Assembly (NCBI GenBank): GCA_024181965.1
Contig: BQXS01012511.1
Location: 1 to 37,092, forward strand
Length of the DNA: 37,092 nucleotides
From: Aduncisulcus paluster
Lineage: Eukaryota
Reading direction: 5' to 3'
Shown: piece after piece, positions 21,125-32,028 of the stretch
How positions within the stretch are numbered: the first letter of the stretch is position 1
How the letters are laid out: every line of letters begins with the position of its first letter
Made by a program: the position numbers and the translations under genes
Notes under the pieces: model-generated
Databases searched by the model: none
Told to the model about the DNA's origin: nothing
Seen by the model: the letters and a program-made list of their open reading frames with translations, nothing else

Positions 21125-24100
21125 TTATTTTCTTCTATTGTCTCTGGCCTTCTTTGGGTCTTGTGGAGTTTCTATTGATAATCCTTCAATTAGAAATGTC
21201 GAGGGAGGCAGTGGATACACTAATTGCTTTCCTCCTTTCCCCTGAATGTGGAATCCTTGTGATTGTAAATTCATTTTCTTGGATCTCTTCGTTTCTACGG
21301 CCAACCTTGATGATATCTTTGGTTTCAAGGGCTGTGAATGGGGTAGTTTTGACCTGAGTGATAGAGACGTCTGGTCTTTAGGTTGTCTTCCACTTAGATG
21401 TTCGAACGTAAGGTTCTTTGAGCGTGAAGGGACTGATTTCAAGGATCTGGATTCCATTATCGATCCTCTGTGTGGCATCAGAGCTGGATGCTGATGTGCT
21501 TGAGCAGCAGAAAGGACAGCCCCTTCTCCAATGACTGAATATTCAATAAAAGCATTACTCACCCTTCTCTCAAGTCTTGCTTTGCGTTCTTTGCCTTTTT
21601 GAGCGAATCTAGAAGCTGATGGTGGCACTGGTATTCTTTTTGAGGATTGAGTTTCATCAGGATCATTCAGGAAAATTGATTTTAACATCCGATCATCAAT
21701 TTTATCTATTTTTAGAGTATCTAGACCCACATCATTCGTGTGGAGCAAAGAAGTTAAAAATAGCGATAAAATATCTCGATAGGTAATTGATATTGGTTTT
21801 TTCTTGGATTTTAAGATCTGTTCTCTTGTTTTTTGAGAGACGAACGAACGTTTATCGAGTCCATATTCGATAGATTTCTTTGGAGGAGAGAGAGGGGAAG
21901 AAAGGGCCGCCGAATAAGAATTGTAACCCATGTCACTCTGCGAAAATAACAAGGAATTTAATAAAGGGTGATGGATAAGCGAAAGAAATGATATTAAATC
22001 TAAATTAAATGCGATGGCACGAATCAAGATACGTGAAGGTTCAAGATTGATTGGAACAACACCAAATTTCCTCACTTCTGTGAATTCTCCATGTTGTAAT
22101 TCATGCCTTCTCTGTTGCCATGATATTTCATCGCTGCTAAATTCAGACGAAGACGGGGAATGGGCATCATCCATATGTTGCATTTTCCCTCCTCTTCCTC
22201 CTCTTCCTCCTCTGCCTTTTCCTCGGTTTGGATGTGTTACTTTTGTTGAATGTTGTTGAATGGTTCTTTTGGCTGCTATACTGTGCAATGCATCAGAGGA
22301 TGATGGTTGGTAGTCTTCGTTAATCATAGTTAATGAAATACCGACGCCAGCAACTTCATGATGATCAATGAAAGAATGTTTCTGTTTCTCTTCATCATCA
22401 ATTCGTTTCCGATCGAATGACGTAATGGGTAGCACTTTTTGTTGGACAATTATCTTACCATTGTGATCGACCATATCTGTTGGAACTTCAGGAGAGATTG
22501 GAGATTGGCACAACTGCTGCTGTTCTGTTTCTCTCTCAGTTTCAGAAGAAGAAGACGAATCGGGAATGTTTGCTTCACTCCGCTCTCTAGCTTCTCTAGA
22601 TCTCAACTCATGTTCTTCTTGCTCAGAGGATGAGGATTCACTATTCATAAGTCTGTCGGCCTTTGGAGTAATTACGACTCCCTCAGTGATTGGTGGAGGT
22701 TTTATACCAAGAGATAGAGTACTCGAGGTTGGAGTGGACGGCATTCGAACGGATACAGCACCACCAGGACCAATATTATTCTTATTGCTAAAAGCTGGAT
22801 GGCCTGGGTTCTGGTGGGAATGTGCATCAAAGGCAGAAGATCCATGGGTATTATTGCCCTTACTGAATGGTTGAGTCGCATATAACATTATTTGTTCATA
22901 AGCATTATATTCATGTGTTTTAGAAGTATTTCCTTTACCCTGTAACGATAAAGAACTGATGTATTGTTTGCTTTTGGTTCGTTTTCTTTCCCATTTCGAA
23001 TGTTTTAACTCTTTCATGTAACTATCCTCCGCCCCTCCAAGAATTCCAGCAAATTTTATGATGTTGATGTCAGACGCATTCAATAACAAGGTCTTGACAA
23101 CCCTCGAGATGGCTATTCCTGCATTCTCAAGGATTATACTTGCTATCTGGAATATTCCACCGCCTCTCTCACACATCATCTTAAACAGTTGTCTTGAACT
23201 TACGAGTCCAGATAACAACAAAGAGGACAACTCCCTTAAATTGACTTCTTTTTGAAAAGCAGCGTTTTGAGTTGATCTGCCGTGAGCTGATATTCCGTTC
23301 CCTAACTCTTCTCTCCTCATTTCTTTCTTAATCTTCTCAATAACGGGTATATTTATAGCCTTTTCCGACGATATTCTCCTCAGGGCATGGAGATATTGTC
23401 TTCTCTGTTCAACAGTATCAGCTCCATGCATTGAACCCTGTAAGATACCACTAGTGGGATGGTACATATGTGACTCAGGGGAAGGTCTGCCTTGTACAAG
23501 AGAGGAATCAGCCCTCCCACGAACAACATCATTCTCGTGCACAACGTCAAGTGTTGTTGAACCCCAAGATAGAGCCGAGGCAGGTGTCATTCCACCAGCT
23601 GAACGATGACTGAACGAGGAACGAGCAGATTCAGTTAAAACAAACCTATTTGAGATGGACATCCGACGAGAACGTTGTCCAGGTATTGTTAACTGATCAA
23701 ACCGTTCAATTGGAGGCAGTTTTCTCATTCTAGCACTCGACGGAGCAAGGCCATATGATGATGAAAATCTCTGATCACCTCTACCTTTATGAAAGGCAGC
23801 TAAATAGTCCGTTTTAGGGGTTATTTCTTCAACAGTTTCCTCAGCAGCGAATCTTGGATCTGAGATCATATGCGATTTGCCATGGTACGGTTTCGAGAAG
23901 GACAGTTGTTTACGAATTGTATTACGTCTAATATCAGCAAAAGATGTAGCTTCAGGGCCAAAATTGGGTTGCTGGGCTTGAGCAGCCATTCTTGCTGATT
24001 GTGAATCTCCACCCAATCTTGAGGTGAGGGCGTTCATTTGTTGGTGGATCATTAAGGCAGTTGGAACATCCTTGGATGAATATGGTGACAGGTCTGAGGG

Positions 24101-26908
24101 CTGTCCACTGATATATGATGAACTTATGCTCTGTGGTTCAACTCCTCTTCCACTCAGCATCCCTATTCTTGCAGAGGAAGGGAAGGAGTCATCGTACCCG
24201 GCTAAAAGAGCCTGAGATTGTTGCATTCTTGCGGAAGGGGGAATGATAGAAGTGCCACCGATAACTACTGAAGAAGGAATAGTTCTGAGGTCTCCTCTGA
24301 CAGAGTTGGCTTCAGATTGGATTCGCGAAGACTCGAATCTGCCTGTTGATAATAGTTCCAGGCGACCAGTAGATACTGCACTAAGGTTAGGAATGGGATA
24401 TTGTCCGCCAATTGAACCAAATACACCATCTTTCTTGCCATCGCGAGCTGTGGATGAGAACAATGTCATGGATTCGCCTGAACTGCTTTCTTGAGGAATT
24501 TCTGAGGATATCTTATTGCTCATGCCGCTTCTTTCGGATGCAAGGAGATCATCGATTCTTTTTTTATCCATGGAAGTTGCAGAGTCTGCACCAAAGTCTT
24601 GGATATGAATAGATTCCTCGGGGTAGAATTGCAAGTCGATATAGAACACTTTACCCTGAGAATTGGGATCATTATGAACAGAACTCATAGGTCTAATTTT
24701 AGATGAGAAAGAAGAGTGATGTCCTCCGATACTCCTTCCTTCTGCCTTCTTGCCGCGTGAACTCTTTGTGCTTACTATTAATCGCATCCTGACACATATT
24801 TCACCATCATCAGCTTCATCATCTATTGCCAGACATCGGGCACAAACAATCTCTGAATCGAACGAAGTCTGGAATATATACTCTCCAGTTGTGGCTAAAA
24901 TGGTCAACAGACCATCAACACCGCCAACAAGTACAACAGAAGAAGGGAAGAAAGAGCCATATCGGGACAAATTAAAGGTCTCGACTTGGATAAAACTTAT
25001 TTTGAAATAATTTGACTCTTCATTCTTCCATAAAACCTTATACTGATCTTCATCACGCAGGGCAGGATCTATTCTTGATGAAGAAGAGGAAGAAGAAGAG
25101 GAAGAAGAAGAGGAATGGATCTCACCGTGAATGAGTTCATCAGTATCTCCGTCAAGAGGAATATCTTTTCTATCAGCATGTGATGCTCTCAATTCCTCTC
25201 TTTCCTTCTCTTCTTGGACGTGTTTCTTAAGGAGATAGCACGTCACGCTTCCATCGAAACGGCCAACGAACACCATTAAACCTCGAATGCACACACAGCA
25301 CACACGAGCATTTATATCTATTGAATGACCACCTTTAAGAAATCCAAATACTTTGCTCGGAGATGCTGTTAACTTAGAGGGAAAAGAAGAGGAAGAAGAG
25401 GAAGTTGCTTGAGGATTCAATAATAACATAGAGGCTGCTTGGGTCTGGGGANNNNNNNNNNNNNNNNNNNNTTCCTTCTCTTCTTGGACGTGTTTCTTAA
25501 GGAGATAGCACGTCACGCTTCCATCGAAACGGCCAACGAACACCATTAAACCTCGAATGCACACACAGCACACACGAGCATTTATATCTATTGAATGACC
25601 ACCTTTAAGAAATCCAAATACTTTGCTCGGAGATGCTGTTAACTTAGAGGGAAAAGAAGAGGAAGAAGAGGAAGTTGCTTGAGGATTCAATAATAACATA
25701 GAGGCTGCTTGGGTCTGGGGATCAATTTTCTCTTTTTCTTTCTCAGAACTATTAATAGCCGAAATAAAGTCAACGATATTCTGTTGATTGTCATCTGACA
25801 TATCAGGTAGATATTCCTCAGGCTGAATCGAGAGCCATAAATAGACATTGCCCGAACTACCATCAGTGCGAAATATATCAACATACCCATCGCCTCGTCC
25901 GGCTGCAATCAATGATTCATGGCAACTCACTGCCGAGTATAAAGTGCTTGAAGTAGAGATAATTCGAGGGAAAATCGATTCTTCAAGTTCGTCACGCTTC
26001 CTTTTGTTTCGCTTCCGTTGTTTGTCTTTTGCTTTGGCTGACTTTGATGGAGCTAACGATACCTTGACTACTGGCTGAGATGCAGATCTAATTTCTTGAG
26101 CGATAAGAGATGGAGTAAACACAGATAAAACAGGTTTCCACATGCACAAGTTCCCTTCTTCATCGCCATATATAATACATACGTTATAAGGGGTGTGAAA
26201 AGCCCATGGAATGGATGTTATTGATGCTAAATATGAAGCTTGGCGATCTTGCTCATTCCTCAGAGAAGTGAGGGATTGTGAATCTTTGGAAGGAAGGGGA
26301 AGAATGGGAATATCTGTTTTGAAACTTGGAAGCTTTGAATTAGCTTTACCAACAGATTTTATCTCTGCTTGCTCAAGAATAGTCATACAAAGAGCCGGAG
26401 ATGGTAGTGAAATGGCTGCTTGAGCTCTCTTTTCACTCAAGTTCCAGGCAACAATGCTACGCCCACCAGTGAATACTATAGGAGCTGATGGATGAATAAC
26501 ACTGCAATATACGGGGAATTGATCATTTCTACCGAGTTTAAATGATGTGGAGAAATGATCACCTTCAATACATAAACTTTGTGTGCCATGCGATAATATT
26601 ATCCCAAATCGCGATATAATACTTGAGTTTAAGTCTTCTAATCGATTATACGCGATTCCATGAGAAGATTTCGCAGAGGATGTTGGTTCATTGGAACAAA
26701 CGCTAGATCTATCTTTTGATGTTGTTGGAATATCAGATATATATTTTACAGATGGATTAATATTAAAATGTGTTATGTTTGGACGCTTTAATGGCTCGAA
26801 AGGCAACAATAAGGTTGGAACCCTAGAAAATGGACGAATTGATGAAATTATACTATCGAATGAAACTGATTTCTCTTGTAAAACCGAGAATTCATAATTA
26901 TATGACAT
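21125..26908 (-). CDS. Large protein with an N-terminal divergent WD40-like beta-propeller and a long low-complexity C-terminal half (~1837 aa after removing the artefact)
   Basis: WD40-like blades include VYCSVIHPSAPIVFTGGRSIVAWNL, IIYGDEEGNLCMWK, LIAAGRGDGYVDIF and VFVGRFDGSVTCY. The ORF is uninterrupted apart from the gap. Confidence 0.75.
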   Translation of the reverse strand: MSYNYEFSVLQEKSVSFDSIISSIRPFSRVPTLLLPFEPLKRPNITHFNINPSVKYISDIPTTSKDRSSVCSNEPTSSAKSSHGIAYNRLEDLNSSIISRFGIILSHGTQSLCIEGDHFSTSFKLGRNDQFPVYCSVIHPSAPIVFTGGRSIVAWNLSEKRAQAAISLPSPALCMTILEQAEIKSVGKANSKLPSFKTDIPILPLPSKDSQSLTSLRNEQDRQASYLASITSIPWAFHTPYNVCIIYGDEEGNLCMWKPVLSVFTPSLIAQEIRSASQPVVKVSLAPSKSAKAKDKQRKRNKRKRDELEESIFPRIISTSSTLYSAVSCHESLIAAGRGDGYVDIFRTDGSSGNVYLWLSIQPEEYLPDMSDDNQQNIVDFISAINSSEKEKEKIDPQTQAASMLLLNPQATSSSSSSFPSKLTASPSKVFGFLKGGHSIDINARVCCVCIRGLMVFVGRFDGSVTCYLLKKHVQEEKEXXXXXXXPQTQAASMLLLNPQATSSSSSSFPSKLTASPSKVFGFLKGGHSIDINARVCCVCIRGLMVFVGRFDGSVTCYLLKKHVQEEKEREELRASHADRKDIPLDGDTDELIHGEIHSSSSSSSSSSSSSRIDPALRDEDQYKVLWKNEESNYFKISFIQVETFNLSRYGSFFPSSVVLVGGVDGLLTILATTGEYIFQTSFDSEIVCARCLAIDDEADDGEICVRMRLIVSTKSSRGKKAEGRSIGGHHSSFSSKIRPMSSVHNDPNSQGKVFYIDLQFYPEESIHIQDFGADSATSMDKKRIDDLLASERSGMSNKISSEIPQESSSGESMTLFSSTARDGKKDGVFGSIGGQYPIPNLSAVSTGRLELLSTGRFESSRIQSEANSVRGDLRTIPSSVVIGGTSIIPPSARMQQSQALLAGYDDSFPSSARIGMLSGRGVEPQSISSSYISGQPSDLSPYSSKDVPTALMIHQQMNALTSRLGGDSQSARMAAQAQQPNFGPEATSFADIRRNTIRKQLSFSKPYHGKSHMISDPRFAAEETVEEITPKTDYLAAFHKGRGDQRFSSSYGLAPSSARMRKLPPIERFDQLTIPGQRSRRMSISNRFVLTESARSSFSHRSAGGMTPASALSWGSTTLDVVHENDVVRGRADSSLVQGRPSPESHMYHPTSGILQGSMHGADTVEQRRQYLHALRRISSEKAINIPVIEKIKKEMRREELGNGISAHGRSTQNAAFQKEVNLRELSSLLLSGLVSSRQLFKMMCERGGGIFQIASIILENAGIAISRVVKTLLLNASDINIIKFAGILGGAEDSYMKELKHSKWERKRTKSKQYISSLSLQGKGNTSKTHEYNAYEQIMLYATQPFSKGNNTHGSSAFDAHSHQNPGHPAFSNKNNIGPGGAVSVRMPSTPTSSTLSLGIKPPPITEGVVITPKADRLMNSESSSSEQEEHELRSREARERSEANIPDSSSSSETERETEQQQLCQSPISPEVPTDMVDHNGKIIVQQKVLPITSFDRKRIDDEEKQKHSFIDHHEVAGVGISLTMINEDYQPSSSDALHSIAAKRTIQQHSTKVTHPNRGKGRGGRGGRGGKMQHMDDAHSPSSSEFSSDEISWQQRRHELQHGEFTEVRKFGVVPINLEPSRILIRAIAFNLDLISFLSLIHHPLLNSLLFSQSDMGYNSYSAALSSPLSPPKKSIEYGLDKRSFVSQKTREQILKSKKKPISITYRDILSLFLTSLLHTNDVGLDTLKIDKIDDRMLKSIFLNDPDETQSSKRIPVPPSASRFAQKGKERKARLERRVSNAFIEYSVIGEGAVLSAAQAHQHPALMPHRGSIMESRSLKSVPSRSKNLTFEHLSGRQPKDQTSLSLRSKLPHSQPLKPKISSRLAVETKRSKKMNLQSQGFHIQGKGGKQLVYPLPPSTFLIEGLSIETPQDPKKARDNRRK
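25202..25721. repeat. Assembly artefact: 250-bp exact duplication (25202-25451 = 25472-25721) around a 20-N gap (25452-25471)
   Basis: Identical flanks on both sides of the gap. Confidence 0.9.
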
Positions 26909-27404
26909 TATATATTTGGATTCCTTTCACAAAACGAATTTTCGATTCTTGAGGATATTGGTGAATTAGATATTAGAAATATGACAATATTCTTATTAAA
27001 CGATAGATTTATAAAACATACAATAAAAGTTATAATTATTTCTTTCATGTGAACTTTGGCTAGCAATATTTTTGGATTTGTTGCTGAATTAGTATGATAA
27101 TAACATGAAAAAGGTATCATATAAAGAATTTAAAGTTGTGACGATATTTTAAAAAACATTATATGTTTGTAAACTGCGGCAATCAGGTGCTAAGATTTTG
27201 CATTTTCAAAATGATTTTGAAGTTCAAAATAGCTTTTCAGTTAAAACTCAACTGCTGAGAATAGATTATTCCTATGGAACAACATTGGAAATATAGATGA
27301 GGGAAGTGATTCAACCGTAAGTTTCGAATTTGATATTGTTATCCTTATTTTAAGTCACGATTTCTTGGCCGCATAAATTATCATATGATTGAAATTAAAA
27401 TATT

Positions 27405-28110
27405 TTACTTTGTTAAAAACGTTTTTGCTTTAAACTTTTTTTTAAGCCTCATTTCAGGTTTCCCAATGATGGCAAAACCAGAGATCTCATAACAATTTCC
27501 ACAAACCGCAATCTGGAACTTTATAGATTGTTTCTCTAACATAATTTTTGATTCATCTGGACACACGATACAAATCATTTTGCCAGTTTCGTAGACAACA
27601 ATTCCACTTCGACCACTCTCGCCTCTATGGGAAGAAACAACCTCAATAAAAGCACCATGAAGATTCATCATAAGAATGTTTGGAATTTTTGTCGCCAACA
27701 AAGATGGATTTCCTCCAATGTCAGAAACAGAAATACCATCAGCCATAATAGTTTCACACGTGTGAAGATTTGAATCAGAGTGGGATTTGGCTCCTTTGAA
27801 TTGTTTAAATAAATTACTTGCATATTTTTTCCATATTAGATGCATTTTAAAGGCTGTTGCATATGAAATTTGTTTCCAAGATGAAGAGACCTCGGGAAAA
27901 TGCTTTACGGGATATTTTTTTATGATATGTTTGGATTTTTCTTTCTTTGATACACTTTTAATATCTTAATGATGGAAGAATAACCAAAAAATGAGTATTT
28001 TGAAAAAAGATGAAAATCAACTATCAACAACTATTATATAACGTACGTTCACAACTAACGGATAGTGCGGTTCCTTTTACCTCTTTATCATAACTTGGAA
28101 ATGGCAACAT
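27405..28110 (-). CDS. POP4: RNase P/MRP protein subunit p29 (Pop4/Rpp29); probably 2 exons (28110-28047, 27964-27405), ~207 aa
   Basis: The motifs MHLIWKKY, LHGAFIEVVSS, GRSGIVVYET and GKPEMRLKKKFK match Rpp29. The frame is open upstream of 27845 without an ATG. An 82-nt GTACGT…TAAG intron (28046-27965) links it in frame to ATG 28110. Confidence 0.85.
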
Positions 28111-28248
28111 GAGACAAAACGGGTGATTCAAACATCACGTTAACAAAATAACATAAATTGAGAATTCGTTGCACAAAATGGTAAGGAGCAAAGAATTTGG
28201 TTAGAAATTTCTAATTTTTTTTTTATTTATCTCTTCAATAATGTTCAT

Positions 28249-28864
28249 CTATTTCTCTCCTTCTTCTTTCTTAGGTTCTTTTTTAGTGGAATCAATTGAT
28301 GTCTTAAGATGGCCCAATTGGTTAATCCCTTCTCTATTTCTGGCAATTTCAATGCAATAAAACTGGATCCGTGGAACAAGAGTACAATTATCTTCGCCCC
28401 AAGGTTTTGAAGAATCAAGACGAACTAAAGAGCCCATATTCCATTGAGAAATGCGTTCTTTGAAATGCTCTAAAAATAGAGCCCATAAAGTCTTTGTAGC
28501 GCTGCTCTTGAGTAAATCTTCGGATATCACACTAATATCAAGAGAAGGAAAGGTTGAGCGGAATTTGGAATAAATTTCTTCATCGATGGGTGTGAGAGTA
28601 ATTTTTTTCAAATCCTTGCATCTCGGAAGGAGAACATTATAGAAAGTGTCTATAAAGTGGTAAACGGATTAATAACTAGACAAGAGAAAATAAAATATGA
28701 ACATTGGATGGTATATATAATCACATACAACTGAAATTAAATGCTAACTTGGCCCATTTCATCTCTATTTCAGCATCATTCTTCACACCTTCTGGGAAGG
28801 GATTACGAGTTTTGTCAGCGAGCTCATCGATTTGTTTCTCATCTAAAGCAATATGACGTGACAT
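28249..28864 (-). CDS. PBDC1: PBDC1 / yeast YPL225W (Chp1)-family protein; 2 exons (28864-28729, 28649-28249), 178 aa
   Basis: Motifs NDAEIEMKWA, LTPIDEEIYSKFRSTFP, WNMGSLVRLD and VPRIQFYCIEIARNREGIN are present. A 79-nt GTATGT…TATAG intron (28728-28650) restores the frame. Confidence 0.9.
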
Positions 28865-29108
28865 AATCGAATCACAATATTTAACAATAATGGACAAAAG
28901 CTCGATTATGACTTCATGAAGTTATTTTAGAGCTATCATAAATTACAATGAAAAAAAAAATAGTAAAATGTAAAAAGATGTCTTAAACAAATATTTATTG
29001 TGCTCATAGGAGGATTAATCCTGACTAAGAGAAGTGTGGATCTTTTCTCTGCCTACAACCGTATTTTATCAAATTAATAGGTGGATATTATATAAAATAG
29101 TTTGAATT

Positions 29109-29672
29109 ATGGTATTCTACTTTCGAGCCACAGTTGCTATATTTTTTTTGTCATGCTTTGGAATTTATACCCTTGTAGTCATTGGTCTCATCATCATGAA
29201 TATGGATTCTCTTGAATGTGGATGTTGTTCTTCGTTACTATCGTGTTTTTCTCATGAATGTAAGTGTGATTCATGTCACCGAAAGAAACGTAAAGAAGGA
29301 GAAAGAGAGCGCTCTGTATCATCTTTATCGGCTTCTAGAGTCGAACCTGAAGATGCGATGCCGGTCATCACATCAAGTCGTTCAAAACTGCAAGATCCCC
29401 CTTCTTCACGCATGACTGCGTCTCCTCCTCCAAAATCTACTGATGGAGTTGCTCTTTCCACTAGTTCTACTGTTGCTTCTTCACCTACAAGTAGCAAACC
29501 TGTTTCAAAGGCCCCTCAATCCGGCGGTACTCGCTGTAGACTCTGTGGAATAGCAAAACCCTATATGATTGTTCTTGAATGTGGTCACCGAGTGATATGT
29601 GCTTCTTGTTTGATGAAAGCGGAATCATGCCCTGAATGTGGTGCCAAGATTTCTCGTGGTAAACCGTTGTGA
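29109..29672 (+). CDS. Membrane-anchored C3HC4 RING-finger protein (putative E3 ubiquitin ligase)
   Basis: N-terminal TM segment, Cys-rich juxtamembrane patch, Ser-rich linker and the C-terminal RING CRLC…LECGHRVICASC…CPEC. Confidence 0.8.
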   Translation: MVFYFRATVAIFFLSCFGIYTLVVIGLIIMNMDSLECGCCSSLLSCFSHECKCDSCHRKKRKEGERERSVSSLSASRVEPEDAMPVITSSRSKLQDPPSSRMTASPPPKSTDGVALSTSSTVASSPTSSKPVSKAPQSGGTRCRLCGIAKPYMIVLECGHRVICASCLMKAESCPECGAKISRGKPL

Positions 29673-30525
29673 TCACCTAGAGAAGATATTGTTCTGTATT
29701 GTATCATATTGGAAGCAATATTGCATTTATAATACAATTCTAATGGAATACATCCAAAAAAACTATGATTAAAGCATGTATTGTCACGAATTCTTCCTTT
29801 ATCTTGCCAGCATATATATTTTCGAAATTTTTCTGAAATTTGGAAATATCTTGATGGATTTGGGATCAAAGCATTTTTTTTTGTTAAATTAAATATATAT
29901 ATCTACCTAATAGAGGTATTTATGGTAAATACCGTTCAATTGTTACCTTTTTTTTCTAGTGAAAAATTTTCACTGGTTTTTGTTCAATAAAACCCTATTT
30001 TAAATGGATTAATATGTTTACTAATGGAGATATCCACAAATTGATTGATGGAAGATCAAAAACTCACGCTAGGCCGCCTCACTGAGGAAGTTGGTTGTAC
30101 CAAACTTCTTTTGCACCTATAATGTACCTAGAGTAGTACTATACACTGGTTATAAGTCACTGAATACATATACTATACTGTACTACACTATACTATACTG
30201 TTCTAAATGCGAATATAGTTGTGAATCTGATAGATATAATGATTCTGAGAGGGAGAGGATTGTCAAGGTTCAACCTTACCTTGAGAAATTGACAGACTTT
30301 CTATTGGATCTCAAGATATCACTCTGAGTCAGAGTTCAATACTACAATCACTATACTACCTTCTTGAATCTATTAGCTAGATAATCATAATATTCGATGA
30401 TATGGGTATTATTGAGTCATTATTGAGAATAGAGTTCTTGATGACATCTAAGGATGATTAACTCAAACTCTTTACCGTATATTTAAAATGAATTGTATTT
30501 CAAAATGCTATTATTAGAATCAGGA

Positions 30526-32028
30526 TTAACACTGCAATTGGTTTTCAACAACATAATTCGACACTTTACACGCCTCAGCAACAAAACCCTCCAAAATATC
30601 TGGGTTTAGCTGAGATTTAAATGATTTAGTCAACTTACGCATAAAATTTTTCTCATTGAAATGACCTTTTAATATTGTAACTCCCCATGTTCTTGCCAGC
30701 TCAAGATGTATATTTAAAAGTTTAGAATATTTCATAGACAACTTCCACAATTTATGGAGGTGATACGATGACTCAGAACCATCATAAAAGTTCCAAAGAA
30801 ACTGATATTCTTTACACTTTTCTGTACATTTATATTCTTTTGTATACGATCCCTCCACGGTTGAAACCAATTTATATTGACTGAGAAACTCCAAAAGTTG
30901 TTCGCTTTGAGCATTGTATGAACTATAATACTTTGAAGCAAACACCTCTTTTGATGCACCCTTATTCAATGTTAATAAAGAAGAGAAAGCTGAACCAACA
31001 GGACCCTCCATAACGTATTCCATCAACAAACGCATCATTCTTCCATTTCCATCAGGATGTGGGTGGTAGTGCGAGTAAAATGCAGACAAACAAAGCATAA
31101 GTTCACAGGGGAGCTTAAATCTATACATAGAATACATATCTTCCAAAGCTGTCCAGTCAAGACAAAAGAAAGGCACTCCAATATGAGAAACATCTAATTT
31201 ATCTACTGAGAGCTTCACCAGTGAACTACTTCTCCGAGATTCATCAACAATTACATCATCCTGAGATCTAAATACTTCAACAGGTTTATCAGCTTCTTTC
31301 ACTTGCAATAACCTGAAAAGAGATGTCAAAGAGGTCTTTTCATCTTTCAAATGTTTCAAAATTTCACTTGCGGTCTCTGCATCTGGAGGAGCGTCCCCTT
31401 CGAACTTGAAACTCTCTTCTAAGTCATGCCTGCAGGTTGATTCAGAAGAAGTTGAAGACTCTTCCTCTGCATCTCCATCCCTAACTGAGGAGATATCCTC
31501 AGATCCACAGAGAAACTTTCTACATATCATTAAGAATGGCTTCTTCATGACAGTGTTTATCCGTAAACGATATCGAGATTCAACACAACATTCTTGAACA
31601 TGATGATAATATTTCTCATCGAGAAGATCATACTCAGGTTCCTCACTTGAAAGATCAGGAGTTGTAACTAACTTAGAATTAAGAAATTCAAACAAGAACC
31701 AAATTCTCCTATTAACTGGATCTTTTAAATCCGAAGAAGCAATCTCTTCTTCAGTTATATGATGCGTAAGTACATATCCAATCACCATTGGATTCCAAGG
31801 TTCATATTTCAGGTGATTGTATAAATGTAGATAAGTTGAAAGATTTTCTGGAACTGGCGTTCTTATGAAGGCTTCAGGTATTTCTTCATCGTCTGGGCAG
31901 TAATTTTCCCATAAAGTATTGAGTTCTTCATCACAAGATCCGAAAAACAACCGAGATTTGGGTTTTGCCCAAAATAATCTAAATAAATTCATCAGCCCAC
32001 AAACACCCGTTTCTATGGGGTATTTCAT
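30526..32028 (-). CDS. Fic-domain protein (AMPylase family), bacterial ~500-aa type; intronless
   Basis: The Fic catalytic loop HPHPDGNGRMMR is at 31065-31030 and an inhibitory-helix-like SFKFEG is at 31413-31396. The N-terminal region carries LKYE…RRIWFLFEFL…PDL…LLDEK. First ATG is at 32028. Confidence 0.85.
   Translation of the reverse strand: MKYPIETGVCGLMNLFRLFWAKPKSRLFFGSCDEELNTLWENYCPDDEEIPEAFIRTPVPENLSTYLHLYNHLKYEPWNPMVIGYVLTHHITEEEIASSDLKDPVNRRIWFLFEFLNSKLVTTPDLSSEEPEYDLLDEKYYHHVQECCVESRYRLRINTVMKKPFLMICRKFLCGSEDISSVRDGDAEEESSTSSESTCRHDLEESFKFEGDAPPDAETASEILKHLKDEKTSLTSLFRLLQVKEADKPVEVFRSQDDVIVDESRRSSSLVKLSVDKLDVSHIGVPFFCLDWTALEDMYSMYRFKLPCELMLCLSAFYSHYHPHPDGNGRMMRLLMEYVMEGPVGSAFSSLLTLNKGASKEVFASKYYSSYNAQSEQLLEFLSQYKLVSTVEGSYTKEYKCTEKCKEYQFLWNFYDGSESSYHLHKLWKLSMKYSKLLNIHLELARTWGVTILKGHFNEKNFMRKLTKSFKSQLNPDILEGFVAEACKVSNYVVENQLQC

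Noticed and set aside
472-25721. Apparent tandem duplications in the integrase, surface-protein and WD40 genes
   Set aside because: All three are 100% identical and abut a 20-N gap, the signature of unmerged overlapping contig ends rather than biology.
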